This document shows, one piece after another, positions 20,773 to 29,479 of a stretch of DNA of 64,000 nucleotides. The notes beneath the pieces were generated by a model. That model was not told the origin of the DNA. It searched no databases and saw only the letters and a program-made list of their open reading frames with translations. Numbering within the stretch: the stretch's first letter is position 1; the number at the start of each line of letters is the position of its first letter. The stretch comes from an uncultured Christensenellaceae bacterium (GTDB taxonomy: Bacteria; Bacillota; Clostridia; Christensenellales; Borkfalkiaceae), in the NCBI GenBank assembly GCA_910588615.1, contig CAJUOI010000003.1, positions 15,057 through 79,056 on the forward strand, given 5' to 3'. Position numbers and translations under genes: made by a program.

Positions 20773-21760
20773 AGCTCACCCACTTATCCGACAGCTTGAA
20801 GTTGATAAACAGAATGACGAAGATAACGACGAAAAGGAACATACTCATTACCGACGCCACGGGCATGTTTACGCTCTTGCCCGCGCTTCCGCCGCCGATT
20901 CCCTGAAAATAAATGTAAAGCACCGTGGTAAGCCCCGCGTCCTTGGGCCCCGCGTTCCCCTCCCACGAGCCGCTGAACATCATGGGAATATCGAACGTCT
21001 GCAAGCCCGCGATGATACCCGCGATCAGCAGGTAGAAAATCGTCGGGGTAATGGCGGGCAGCGTAACGTGCAGAAATTTCTGCATCGCGCCCGCGCCGTC
21101 GAGCTCCGCCGCCTCGTACAGGCTGGAACTGATGTTCGTAAACGCCGCCGAAAACATGACGATACCGTACCCCGGCGCCTGCCACACCATGATGATGATA
21201 AGCATGAGGGTGAATTTCCCCGCATCCTTATACCATTGCGGTCCGTGCGCCGCGCCCGTCAGACGGACGATAATATCGTTTAAAATTCCGTTTTCGGGAT
21301 TGAAAACCCAATTCCACATGATGGCGACCGCAACGCTCGAAACGATGTAGGGAACGAAGTACAGCGCCTTGAAGAATTTATGCCCCGGAAGCTTTTGCGC
21401 GATCAGCGCGCTCAGGAACAGGGAAATGAGCAATCCCAGCATATGAGGCACGGTAAGGGTGAAGCTCACCCCGATCGACCGCCAGAAGCGCGTATCCTTG
21501 AACGCCTCCGCAAAGTTTGCAAACGAATTCCACTTCATGGTGGAAAAATCGTACCCATCCATGCTGACGAACATCGTGGAAATCGTAATTGCGAGCGGCA
21601 CGACGCTGAATATCAGGAACGCGATCAGCGGGATCGCGGCGGTAATAAAGCCATAAATCGCGCGCAGCTGCGTCTGTTTTATCTTTTTATGCGGTTTCTT
21701 TTCGGGCGCCGCCGATTCGGGCTCGCCGCGAACCTCCGCGTCTAATACAATCTCTTCCAT
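20762..21760 (-). CDS. Carbohydrate ABC transporter permease
   Basis: 332 aa, multi-TM, with the EAA loop EAAELDGAGAMQKFLHVTLP. Confidence 0.9.
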   Translation of the reverse strand: MEEIVLDAEVRGEPESAAPEKKPHKKIKQTQLRAIYGFITAAIPLIAFLIFSVVPLAITISTMFVSMDGYDFSTMKWNSFANFAEAFKDTRFWRSIGVSFTLTVPHMLGLLISLFLSALIAQKLPGHKFFKALYFVPYIVSSVAVAIMWNWVFNPENGILNDIIVRLTGAAHGPQWYKDAGKFTLMLIIIMVWQAPGYGIVMFSAAFTNISSSLYEAAELDGAGAMQKFLHVTLPAITPTIFYLLIAGIIAGLQTFDIPMMFSGSWEGNAGPKDAGLTTVLYIYFQGIGGGSAGKSVNMPVASVMSMFLFVVIFVILFINFKLSDKWVSYDN

Positions 21761-21763
21761 AGA

Positions 21764-23548
21764 TCAACCGTTGAATTTTTTCGCGTGCATCAGCTTTAAC
21801 GCCGCGTTCGTCTTTTCGATACAGTCGTGTCGGAAGAATTCGTCAAGCGTCATCTTTCCGTTTCTGACGTCCGTATTCAACACGTTCGCCCAAACGTTGA
21901 CCCAGCTTCCGTTTTCGAGATACGACCAGTCGCCCACCGACGAGTTTGCCGTCTGCATGAGAATCGCTTCCTTGTTCGAACAGATATAATTATCCGTCAT
22001 ATTGAGATATTCGTCGCTGTAAGCCACGCTCTTCTGGTTGGGAAGGCTCTGGTTTGTCTTCATCATCACCTTCTGCGCTTCGGGTCCCGCCATGAATTCG
22101 ATGAACTGGAACGCGCCGTCCTTCGCCTTTGCGTTCTGCGGAATCGCCCAGCACACCGTGCCGCTGTGCGCGGACATTTTACCCTTGACCTCGGTGCCGT
22201 TCACCGTTTTCAGCGTGCCGTCGTCGTTGTATTCGCGGTATTGGTACAGCGGAGCGATATTCCAATTCTTTTTCGCCGTCTGCATCAGACGCCCCAGCTC
22301 GCGCGCCGAGTTGTAACCCTCGACGACGAATGCAACCTCGTTCGACGTGAGAAGATTCGACTTGGACTTATTGCCGATAATATCGGGCGTGGGAGAAATC
22401 TGTAATCCGTATTCCTCCTCCGTTACCGGCTTGCCCTTCTCCTGCGATAAGCTCAAAAAGAGCTTGAAGGCGTCGCGGATAGAGGGAAGCGCGTAAAGCT
22501 GCTTTCCTTCGACGTATCCTCTGACCGCGTCGTAATTTGCGCCCGAGCCTGCGGCAAGCGCATCCTCTACGAAGTGTTTATCCGGATAGGAAAGAATCTC
22601 GCCTTCCTTGTACTGCGTGCCGTTTACGGTAATTACGTCCTTGCCCGTAACGAGATAATTTGCCGTCTCTTCGCCAAGTGCAAACACGTACTGATCCTTT
22701 TCCTCGTCCCATTCGAGGCAGTCGCCGCCGACCGACCAGCCAAACGAGAACCACCACTCGTTATAGAAGCCGAACGTCGTGGGAGAGCCCGCGCCCTCGG
22801 CGTACGAACGGGTGAACAACTTGGAAATAGACACGAGTTCGTCCCAATTCATTGGAATTTTGTTATTAAAGACGTGATACTTTCCGCCCTTTGCCGTAAG
22901 CCCCGTTGCGGGCGCTTCATCGTATACGTAGTAGCCGTGCGGGAGGTATTTCGTGCCCGCGATATCCTCTTCCGCAATCGAAATAACGTTGATTCCGTTC
23001 TCTTTTAGCGCATCCTCGTTATAGTACATGACCGAAGGGGCGATCCCGTTCGGAAGCCCGTAGAGCGGCTCGTTGCCGCCCGAGTAGCCCGTGTCGGGAT
23101 TGTAACGGTAGCGCGCCACCGCCGTTTCCCAGATGTCGCTCAAATCGAGCGTGGAAGCGGCGCGGACGACTTCGCCGTTTTCCGTTTTATCCACGAAATA
23201 TTCGTCGAGATTGGTAATCAGCTTTTGATCGACGTAGCCCTTGAAATACCGTTCGTCCTCGATTTGCACCACGTTCGGCGCGCTGTTGCCGCGCAGAGTT
23301 CCGTCGATCGAGCTCGAAAAGCCCGCAGGTTTTGCGATAATTTTCGCAAAATACCGATCGTTGCTCTCGTTAAACGCTTTTTCGAGGGCGTTCATTTCCG
23401 TACGGTTGTTTTTGTCGGACACCGCCCATACGGTAATCTGCACCTTTCCGCGCCGCGTTCCGCTTCCGCCGCCGTTGCATCCGACGCCCGCGAGCGCCAT
23501 GACCGCGCAACTTGCGAGCGCCAATCCTGCCAAAAGTTTCTTTTTCAC
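21764..23548 (-). CDS. Extracellular solute-binding lipoprotein of the sugar ABC transporter (unusually large, 594 aa)
   Basis: Lipobox MALAGVGCNGG and position at the head of the permease genes. Confidence 0.8.
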   Translation of the reverse strand: MKKKLLAGLALASCAVMALAGVGCNGGGSGTRRGKVQITVWAVSDKNNRTEMNALEKAFNESNDRYFAKIIAKPAGFSSSIDGTLRGNSAPNVVQIEDERYFKGYVDQKLITNLDEYFVDKTENGEVVRAASTLDLSDIWETAVARYRYNPDTGYSGGNEPLYGLPNGIAPSVMYYNEDALKENGINVISIAEEDIAGTKYLPHGYYVYDEAPATGLTAKGGKYHVFNNKIPMNWDELVSISKLFTRSYAEGAGSPTTFGFYNEWWFSFGWSVGGDCLEWDEEKDQYVFALGEETANYLVTGKDVITVNGTQYKEGEILSYPDKHFVEDALAAGSGANYDAVRGYVEGKQLYALPSIRDAFKLFLSLSQEKGKPVTEEEYGLQISPTPDIIGNKSKSNLLTSNEVAFVVEGYNSARELGRLMQTAKKNWNIAPLYQYREYNDDGTLKTVNGTEVKGKMSAHSGTVCWAIPQNAKAKDGAFQFIEFMAGPEAQKVMMKTNQSLPNQKSVAYSDEYLNMTDNYICSNKEAILMQTANSSVGDWSYLENGSWVNVWANVLNTDVRNGKMTLDEFFRHDCIEKTNAALKLMHAKKFNG

Positions 23549-23599
23549 GTACCCTTACCTCCTTTATTTATGAAAAAAAAGAAAATTTTTTCTGATTTA

Positions 23600-23628
23600 T
23601 TGACATTTTTCCCTATTTGTATTATAAT
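23600..23628 (+). promoter_or_regulatory. Sigma-70-type promoter of the AraC-family regulator
   Basis: TTGACA, a 17-nt spacer, then TATAAT on the plus strand. Confidence 0.55.
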
Positions 23629-23687
23629 TTGTGCAAAGGGCATAAACCATACTCAAAAATGCCAGATAAATGAGGAAAAGTTGCAAT

Positions 23688-24629
23688 ATGCCGCGCGTAA
23701 CTTTTATCGGTGGCACCAACGTCGTTATGCGGGGAACGGAGAGCGAAGACAGACAATTCGTGTACTGCCCGAACGAAAATGTTCCGTTTATTCTCGACGT
23801 AACGGGCATTACCCCGCCGACCCCCAAATACTATATCTCCCGCGAACGGTGCGACCACTTTATTCTTGCCTACATCGTAAAAGGAAAGGGCGTTCTTCAA
23901 TTCGGCGACGACGTTTACGAACTGAACCCGCACGACACCGTGATCCTTACGCCTAAAAGCAGACACATCTACTATTCCGACCCCGACGAACCCTTCGAAT
24001 TCGTCTGGGCTAATTTCTTCTGCGATTATATGGACGGATTTCTGTCGGGGATCGGGCTGCGCGATACTCCCGTCGTGCACGGCGTGGATTGCGAAGCGCA
24101 GTTCCGCGAAATCGTGCGCATCACCAAGGCTTCGCCCAATAACAACGATATCTGTTTTCCCGTGATGCGCCTCGTGCACGAGATCCTGATAACTCTGTCC
24201 GAAAAGGTGTATTTCGAAAAACATAAGCACATCTATTCCCAATTGGGGCACACGATCAAGGATATGCTCGACGAAAGCCTGTACGGCAAGACGGATATCG
24301 GAGATATTGCCTCCGCGCTGTACGTATCCAAGAGCTCCGTATACCGCGAATTTCAAAGATATTACGGTATGAGCCCCTATCGCTACGTGTTGAACCAGAA
24401 AATAGAAATCGCGAAATCCATGCTCGTCCGCACGCGCTATACGGTTGCGGAAATCGCCGCAATTCTGAATTTTACCGACCAGTTTTATTTTTCGAATCTG
24501 TTCAAGAAAAAGACGGGACTCTCCCCCAATTCGTACCGAAAGAACGCAAGTAAAACGCCACCCCCCCCCTGCAGAATCAACTCCTCCGACGGAGAAAACG
24601 AGGATGCCGAGGACGACTCGGAGGAATAA
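23688..24629 (+). CDS. AraC-family transcriptional regulator (cupin sensor plus dual HTH)
   Basis: The C-terminal block SKSSVYREFQRYYGMSPYRYVLNQKIEIAKSMLVRT..VAEIAAILNFTDQFYFSNLFKK is AraC-type. ATG 23688 has a GAGGA upstream and the track start 23670 does not. Confidence 0.85.
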   Translation: MPRVTFIGGTNVVMRGTESEDRQFVYCPNENVPFILDVTGITPPTPKYYISRERCDHFILAYIVKGKGVLQFGDDVYELNPHDTVILTPKSRHIYYSDPDEPFEFVWANFFCDYMDGFLSGIGLRDTPVVHGVDCEAQFREIVRITKASPNNNDICFPVMRLVHEILITLSEKVYFEKHKHIYSQLGHTIKDMLDESLYGKTDIGDIASALYVSKSSVYREFQRYYGMSPYRYVLNQKIEIAKSMLVRTRYTVAEIAAILNFTDQFYFSNLFKKKTGLSPNSYRKNASKTPPPPCRINSSDGENEDAEDDSEE

Positions 24630-24641
24630 ACGCAAAAGGAA

Positions 24642-24668
24642 AACCCACGCGCAACCCGCGTGGGTTTT
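24642..24668 (+). terminator. Rho-independent terminator of the AraC-family gene
   Basis: A 10-bp stem AACCCACGCG/CGCGTGGGTT is followed by TT. Confidence 0.7.
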
Positions 24669-25000
24669 CAGATTCTTCGCTTTGACCGATATGGGGGAAC
24701 CATCATATCCTTTTTTCCTTATGATCCAAGCGAGGAATCGCACAAACGCCCCCCCTCCGCAAAAAATATTTTATAAAACGGTTGATTTTTGTTTTGAAAT
24801 ATGTTATTTTGAAGTTGCCAAACAAACTGAATGAAATGCATCGAAAGGGATATTCTTTTATTTTGCCCTTTTTTTGCGCACGCGTATTTTTAGGATTTGG
24901 TAAAAATGCAAATTCCGAGAGGTTCCCGACAAAGTAAAAGGCAACGCTATCGGTTGGGGCAATAATTTAAACGACGCCGAATATTATATCCTCTAAACGT

Positions 25001-25031
25001 AAAAAAGGACTTCCCGCAGGAAGTCCTTTTT
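25001..25031 (-). terminator. Bidirectional hairpin terminator after the M23 peptidase gene
   Basis: A 9-bp stem AGGACTTCC/GGAAGTCCT is flanked by an A-run and a T-run. Confidence 0.7.
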
Positions 25032-25039
25032 GTTTCATC

Positions 25040-25693
25040 TTATTTCTCGTCGTATTCGATATCGAGGTATTTCGCGGGGTCGACCTTCTTCCCGTTCTCC
25101 TCCATTTCAAGGTGCAAGTGCTCTCCGTCCTTCGCTTCCGAGCCGTAAGCAGTGGCAACCTCTGCGATCTTGTCGCCCTTCTTCACGCTGTCGCCCTTCT
25201 TCAGCGTGGAAACGGGTTCCACGAAACGATAAAGCGATTTCAAACCGTTGCCGTGATCGACCGTAACGATGTTCCCCGTGGTTTCGTTCAGGCTTATGCT
25301 CTCCACCGTGCCGTCCGCAACCGCGGCAACCGCCGTGCCTGCCGCCGCCGCGAAGTCCACCGCTTTATGACGGTAGATAAAATTCGTGGTCGCGCTCTTG
25401 TAGATGACGTCGTACACCGAAACGGTTTCCGAAACGAGCGGCACCGTAAACTTTACGACGTCGTCGCCCGTGGAGGGTACGTCGGGGGGAGTGGGATCTT
25501 TGGAGTCGTCGGGATCATTCGAGTCGTCGGGAACGACGGGCGTCGAGGGATCCTTATCGATGACGTTGTCGTTTTTCGCGTCGCTTACAAAGTAAACCGT
25601 AAGGACGGTAGCCGCCACCAAGAGACACACGCTGATCGCAAGAATTACGTAATAAATCAGTTTCTTTCGTTTGGAAGTTTTTTCGCCTTTCAT
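25040..25693 (-). CDS. M23 (LytM-type) metallopeptidase, membrane anchored
   Basis: HKAVDF, VTVDHGNGLKSLY and GEHLHLEM match HxxxD and HxH-type M23 motifs. ATG 25693 is preceded by GGAGG, with a TM segment after the start. Confidence 0.85.
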   Translation of the reverse strand: MKGEKTSKRKKLIYYVILAISVCLLVAATVLTVYFVSDAKNDNVIDKDPSTPVVPDDSNDPDDSKDPTPPDVPSTGDDVVKFTVPLVSETVSVYDVIYKSATTNFIYRHKAVDFAAAAGTAVAAVADGTVESISLNETTGNIVTVDHGNGLKSLYRFVEPVSTLKKGDSVKKGDKIAEVATAYGSEAKDGEHLHLEMEENGKKVDPAKYLDIEYDEK

Positions 25694-25772
25694 GTTTTTT
25701 GCCTCCGAAATTTGTTTGTATGTAAATGCTTGCCAACTTTTCTGCGGTTTATACACAGAAAATAAAAATATT

Positions 25773-26201
25773 TTAAAATCCGCCGAAGATGAGGGGCGTG
25801 CCTGCCGCCGTCTGTTCCGCGTTGACGGACAGATGCAAATTGACGGCGTAGCCGTTTAAAGCCACCGTCTTGCCGAGCAGAGGTGAATAGCAGTAATAGT
25901 TTACGGTTTCCCCCACCCGTTCGGTGAACAGCGTTTTTGCCCGAAAGCGCTTCATCAGCTCCTGCACCTTATCGCCCGCGTAACGGACGCTTTCCCCCTG
26001 CGCGTCGGAAAGCAAAAGCTTATCGAGCGCGGGATGATCCGATTCCACGACGAGGGCGGACGAGGACGCGCCGAGATAAAATTCGTAGCGCTCCCCCTTT
26101 TCGAATACGGGGGAGGAAATCAGAACGTATGCAAACACCGCCGAGGCGGCGCACGCGATCACGGCGACGACCGATTTGACGGCAGCTAAAAATCTCCGCA
26201 T
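25773..26201 (-). CDS. Hypothetical membrane-anchored protein
   Basis: ORF starting MRRFLAAVKSVVAVIACAASAVFAYVLI. No domain recognised. Confidence 0.5.
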   Translation of the reverse strand: MRRFLAAVKSVVAVIACAASAVFAYVLISSPVFEKGERYEFYLGASSSALVVESDHPALDKLLLSDAQGESVRYAGDKVQELMKRFRAKTLFTERVGETVNYYCYSPLLGKTVALNGYAVNLHLSVNAEQTAAGTPLIFGGF

Positions 26202-26533
26202 AAAAAAATCCTCCCGACCCGCAGGATTTCCCTGCAGAAGTCGGAAGAATGATTGACCGAATGCGCGCGTTTTATACACGGTTTCAGCTTAAAAATTCCA
26301 ACCGCGTCGGGACGAAGGATCTGCCCCGCGTGATTATCCGTATTGCCGAGCACTCTCTTTTCTCCCTCCGCCACGCGGTCGAAATTGTCGAAGCTCTTGG
26401 AAAGATCGAACATATCGAACATATAGTGCACGGTACGCACGGAATACTGGCGGTACCGGTCTGCCCAGAATCCGTCGTTCAGTCTGACTTCGTTTGCATT
26501 GAGTTGCTTGATTTCGTTGAAATTATAACGCAT
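26186..26533 (-). pseudogene. Possible remnant of the N-terminus of a GH127/DUF1680-like glycosidase
   Basis: MRYNFNEIKQLNANEVRLNDGFWADRYRQYSVRTVHYMFDMF resembles GH127 N-termini (FW..R...). It then degenerates and ends after about 115 aa, overlapping the next gene. Confidence 0.3.
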
Positions 26534-26544
26534 TTCATCCGTTC

Positions 26545-26922
26545 CTATCGTATAGATTCTCGTCTTGCCGCCGCGCGCGCTTCGTCGTACGCCCGTTTTA
26601 CCTCGTGCAGCTTTTTCAGCCACCCGCCGATGGGAAACACGTTAAAACGGTAACGCTTTTCGTCCGTGATGATCACGATGCTGCGCGTAAGAACGGGAAT
26701 TCCCGTCTTCCCTATTTCGATGATATCTGCAATCGGGATCTCAAACGTGAGATAATACCCGCTGCGCCCGTCCGAGTCGAAGTGCAGCCGCTCGTTCGTC
26801 AGATAGGCGTAGCCCATCATCGAATGTGCGAACGTACCCGCGGGCGCATAGTCTATTCCGCCCTGTTTGACGAGGATTTCCCCCTTTTTTAAACGAAATC
26901 TCGACATCTTTCGTTTGCTCAC
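26545..26922 (-). CDS. Hypothetical small protein, bacterial PH/GRAM-like by eye
   Basis: 125-aa ORF containing YLTNERLHFDSDG..IPIADIIEI..VIITDEKRYRF. Confidence 0.45.
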   Translation of the reverse strand: MSKRKMSRFRLKKGEILVKQGGIDYAPAGTFAHSMMGYAYLTNERLHFDSDGRSGYYLTFEIPIADIIEIGKTGIPVLTRSIVIITDEKRYRFNVFPIGGWLKKLHEVKRAYDEARAAARRESIR

Positions 26923-27060
26923 GTTTCCGCCTCCGTAACGATGATACCCTTACACCTTGCTTTTATTGATAAAAAGACCAATTTCGATACGCTTTGCATA
27001 CGCCTTAACAATGTGTACGGTTCTTAATTTTTGCGTACAATGATTAAAAATCAGATATGA

Positions 27061-28143
27061 CTATCCTTCAAATACGTAATCATACCCTTCTAATCGTTTT
27101 TTAATGATTTCTATTGACACACTAGACATATCCATGCCTATAAATTTTCGTCCGGTTGCTATTGCAGCCATCAATGTAGATCCGCTACCGGCAAAGCAAT
27201 CCATAACGTATCCCCCCTCATTTGATGATTGCTTAATAATCAATTCAATCATATCCTGATTTTTTTGAGTTGGATAAAGCGGATATTGTGGATCCTTAAA
27301 CGACCAGACGTCTTGAATCTTCTTTCCTTTATGTTCATCGGCATATTTTTTGATTCTCGGGTTTCCAGTTGATGACCATTCGATTATCCCGGCAGCATCC
27401 ATTTTTTCAAATTCCTCCGGTGAAGTTCGCCAGTGTCTCCCTTCCGGAGGCATCATTCCACGCCAAGACCGTCCTGTGATTCCCTTACTTTCGCCCGGTG
27501 CATGTAAAGGTATTGTTGTATATCTTCTGCCATCAAAATCAATTTTAGGGAACTTGCTCTCGATTTCGTTTTCTTCAAGAGTTTCTTTTATCTCATTCCA
27601 GATATTTTTCTTGGGATTTTTGGAATAAAACAATATCATATCCTTCTGATTTCCATATGCTCGTCGATCAAAGTTTTTAGGATTAGACTTAATTCTGGTC
27701 AAATCATTTTTAAAACATTCCTTGCCGAAAATTTCATCAAGCATAACTTTGAAATAATGTCCCATTTTAGTATCGATATGTACATAAAGACTTCCTTGTT
27801 CAGACAGCAATTCTTTAATTAGAATAAATCGTTCATACATCATCTTCAAAAAACTATCTGTATCCATCACATCGGAATATGCACTCTTATCGTTTTTCTT
27901 TCTGCTGATTGTACTCGTCCTATGTTCACCAACAGAAAAAATCCGGTTAGTGTTAAAAGGAGGATCTATATATACTAAGTCAACAAATCCTTTATACAAC
28001 TTTAGAATTTCAGACATACCAATAAAATTATCACCTTGAAACAAAAATGACTCCCCCATCGTGAAAATCGTTGAAGTTTGACAAGAACCAATATCATTCA
28101 CGATAGACTCCTTAGGTCTTTTATTTTCAAAAATGATTTTCAT
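27061..28143 (-). CDS. Beta-class N6-adenine or N4-cytosine DNA methyltransferase
   Basis: Motif IV VYIDPPFNT lies N-terminal and motif I DCFAGSGSTLMAA lies C-terminal, which is the beta-class order. TQKNQDMIELII resembles the TQKP block. AT-rich relative to its flanks. Confidence 0.85.
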   Translation of the reverse strand: MKIIFENKRPKESIVNDIGSCQTSTIFTMGESFLFQGDNFIGMSEILKLYKGFVDLVYIDPPFNTNRIFSVGEHRTSTISRKKNDKSAYSDVMDTDSFLKMMYERFILIKELLSEQGSLYVHIDTKMGHYFKVMLDEIFGKECFKNDLTRIKSNPKNFDRRAYGNQKDMILFYSKNPKKNIWNEIKETLEENEIESKFPKIDFDGRRYTTIPLHAPGESKGITGRSWRGMMPPEGRHWRTSPEEFEKMDAAGIIEWSSTGNPRIKKYADEHKGKKIQDVWSFKDPQYPLYPTQKNQDMIELIIKQSSNEGGYVMDCFAGSGSTLMAAIATGRKFIGMDMSSVSIEIIKKRLEGYDYVFEG

Positions 28144-28154
28144 AGATTACCTCG

Positions 28155-28955
28155 TTATAATGAGTACAAAAATTCCCTCAACAACAAACTTGAAATAACT
28201 ATTTGATCCTCATGATTGATCAAATGCTTGTGCATTTTATTATTTCCTTTAATAAATAAAACACCATCACAAATAGCTATTTTTACAACTTCTGCATGAA
28301 AACGATTGGGCAATAAAGGTGATGTGATTGTAGAGATTGCATCAGCAAACTGTGCATCCTGATGTCCTCCGAAATCAGTAAGAAATTTTGCTTCACCAAT
28401 TACATATTTATCATTAAATCGAGCTAGAAAATCAAGTCCTTTTTCGTGATTATATCCCAGATATTCTCTAGCAAACTTTTCCATTTCTGTGTCTGATGAA
28501 TTTAGGATCGCGTTCCCGGTAGACTGCATGAATGACAAACAATTTGTATACACAGGTGCTCCTAGTGTACCTTTAGCAATCCATCTTTTAAACAAAGGTC
28601 CCATTTGTCTATTTGTTTCCTTGGGCTCAGTACACTTTTCATATACTTGATCAAGTCCTAATTCATATAAATTACCCGCTAATCTCGCAATAGTATTTGG
28701 ATTACGATCGATTGAACCAGGGTCTCTTTTTAAATAAGCAACATAAGAATCTTTGATTGGAAATAAATCTAATTTTAATAAAGTTTTAACTAAAGTCTCA
28801 TTATCCTGTTCATTAAATGCGCGTTCAATTTTTGCCCATCGATTTTGATCGATTTCTCTTCTGATGTTTGGTGAAATAGGGTAAACTTTAAATAAAGAGT
28901 CTAAATAATTTCTTTGATTCGCATATTGAACACTTAATTCAGTCCAGTTATTCAT
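28155..28955 (-). CDS. Putative type II restriction endonuclease
   Basis: Sits between the C protein and the methyltransferase. Candidate PD-(D/E)xK core: LDFLARFNDKYVIGEAKF. ATG 28955 overlaps the C-gene stop by 8 nt. No family assigned. Confidence 0.55.
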   Translation of the reverse strand: MNNWTELSVQYANQRNYLDSLFKVYPISPNIRREIDQNRWAKIERAFNEQDNETLVKTLLKLDLFPIKDSYVAYLKRDPGSIDRNPNTIARLAGNLYELGLDQVYEKCTEPKETNRQMGPLFKRWIAKGTLGAPVYTNCLSFMQSTGNAILNSSDTEMEKFAREYLGYNHEKGLDFLARFNDKYVIGEAKFLTDFGGHQDAQFADAISTITSPLLPNRFHAEVVKIAICDGVLFIKGNNKMHKHLINHEDQIVISSLLLREFLYSL

Positions 28956-29157
28956 GCAAATTATCCTCCATTTTAATATTATTTTCTTCGCATAATAATC
29001 TGATTTTTTCTTTGGCAAGTCTAGTCGGCTCATATTTTCCGTTTTCCCATCTATTAACCGAAGTAAAAGAAACGCCCAGCATGTCAGCTAAGGCTGTTTG
29101 TGATAGGTCTAGTTTCGCTCTTAGTTTGATTAATGTTGCAGGGTAGTTCGCTTTCAT
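28948..29157 (-). CDS. Controller (C) protein, XRE-type HTH
   Basis: 69 aa with LSQTALADMLGVSFTSVNRWENGK. It is the first gene of the C-R-M unit, behind an extended -10 (TGCTATAAT on the minus strand) and an AAGGAGG RBS. Confidence 0.75.
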   Translation of the reverse strand: MKANYPATLIKLRAKLDLSQTALADMLGVSFTSVNRWENGKYEPTRLAKEKIRLLCEENNIKMEDNLHE

Positions 29158-29271
29158 AACTTATGCCTCCTTGCAAATTATTAAATGATATGTAAAATTA
29201 TAGCACTTTTTTAAGAAAAATACAAGAATTTGCCGTAAAATATCGAGACTAAAATACTCCCTTTATGTAAA

Positions 29272-29305
29272 GAAAAAAAGGTTCAATACTTTTCGTATCA
29301 AACCT
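29272..29305 (-). terminator. Terminator after tRNA-Gly
   Basis: Imperfect 10-bp stem AGGTTCAATA/TATCAAACCT (8 of 10 paired), followed on the minus strand by TTTTTTT. Confidence 0.5.
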
Positions 29306-29317
29306 ATGCTTCTTAAA

Positions 29318-29392
29318 TGGAGCAGGAAACGGGAGTCGAACCCGCCGGAATCAGCTTGGGAAGCTGACGCCATACCGCTAGGCGATTCCTGC
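29318..29392 (-). tRNA. tRNA-Gly (anticodon CCC)
   Basis: Minus strand reads GCAGGAATCGCCTAGCGGTATGGCGTCAGCTTCCCAAGCTGATTCCGGCGGGTTCGACTCCCGTTTCCTGCTCCA. It has a 7-bp acceptor stem, anticodon loop TTCCCAA, a GTTCGA T-loop, discriminator U73 and an encoded CCA. Confidence 0.9.
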
Positions 29393-29404
29393 AAAGTTAT
29401 CGTT

Positions 29405-29433
29405 ATTATACCCGATAAAACGCCGTCTGTCAA
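29405..29433 (-). promoter_or_regulatory. Sigma-70-type promoter of tRNA-Gly
   Basis: The minus strand reads TTGACA, a 17-nt spacer, then TATAAT, ending 12 nt upstream of the tRNA 5' end. Confidence 0.6.
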
Positions 29434-29479
29434 GCACAATGATAAAAAAATGAAAAATTTTCTTTTCCGAACAAAAAGT

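Noticed and set aside
23622-24743. 373-aa minus-strand ORF.
   Set aside because: It is antisense to the AraC-family gene, which has clear HTH motifs, a consensus promoter and a terminator. This ORF has no motifs.
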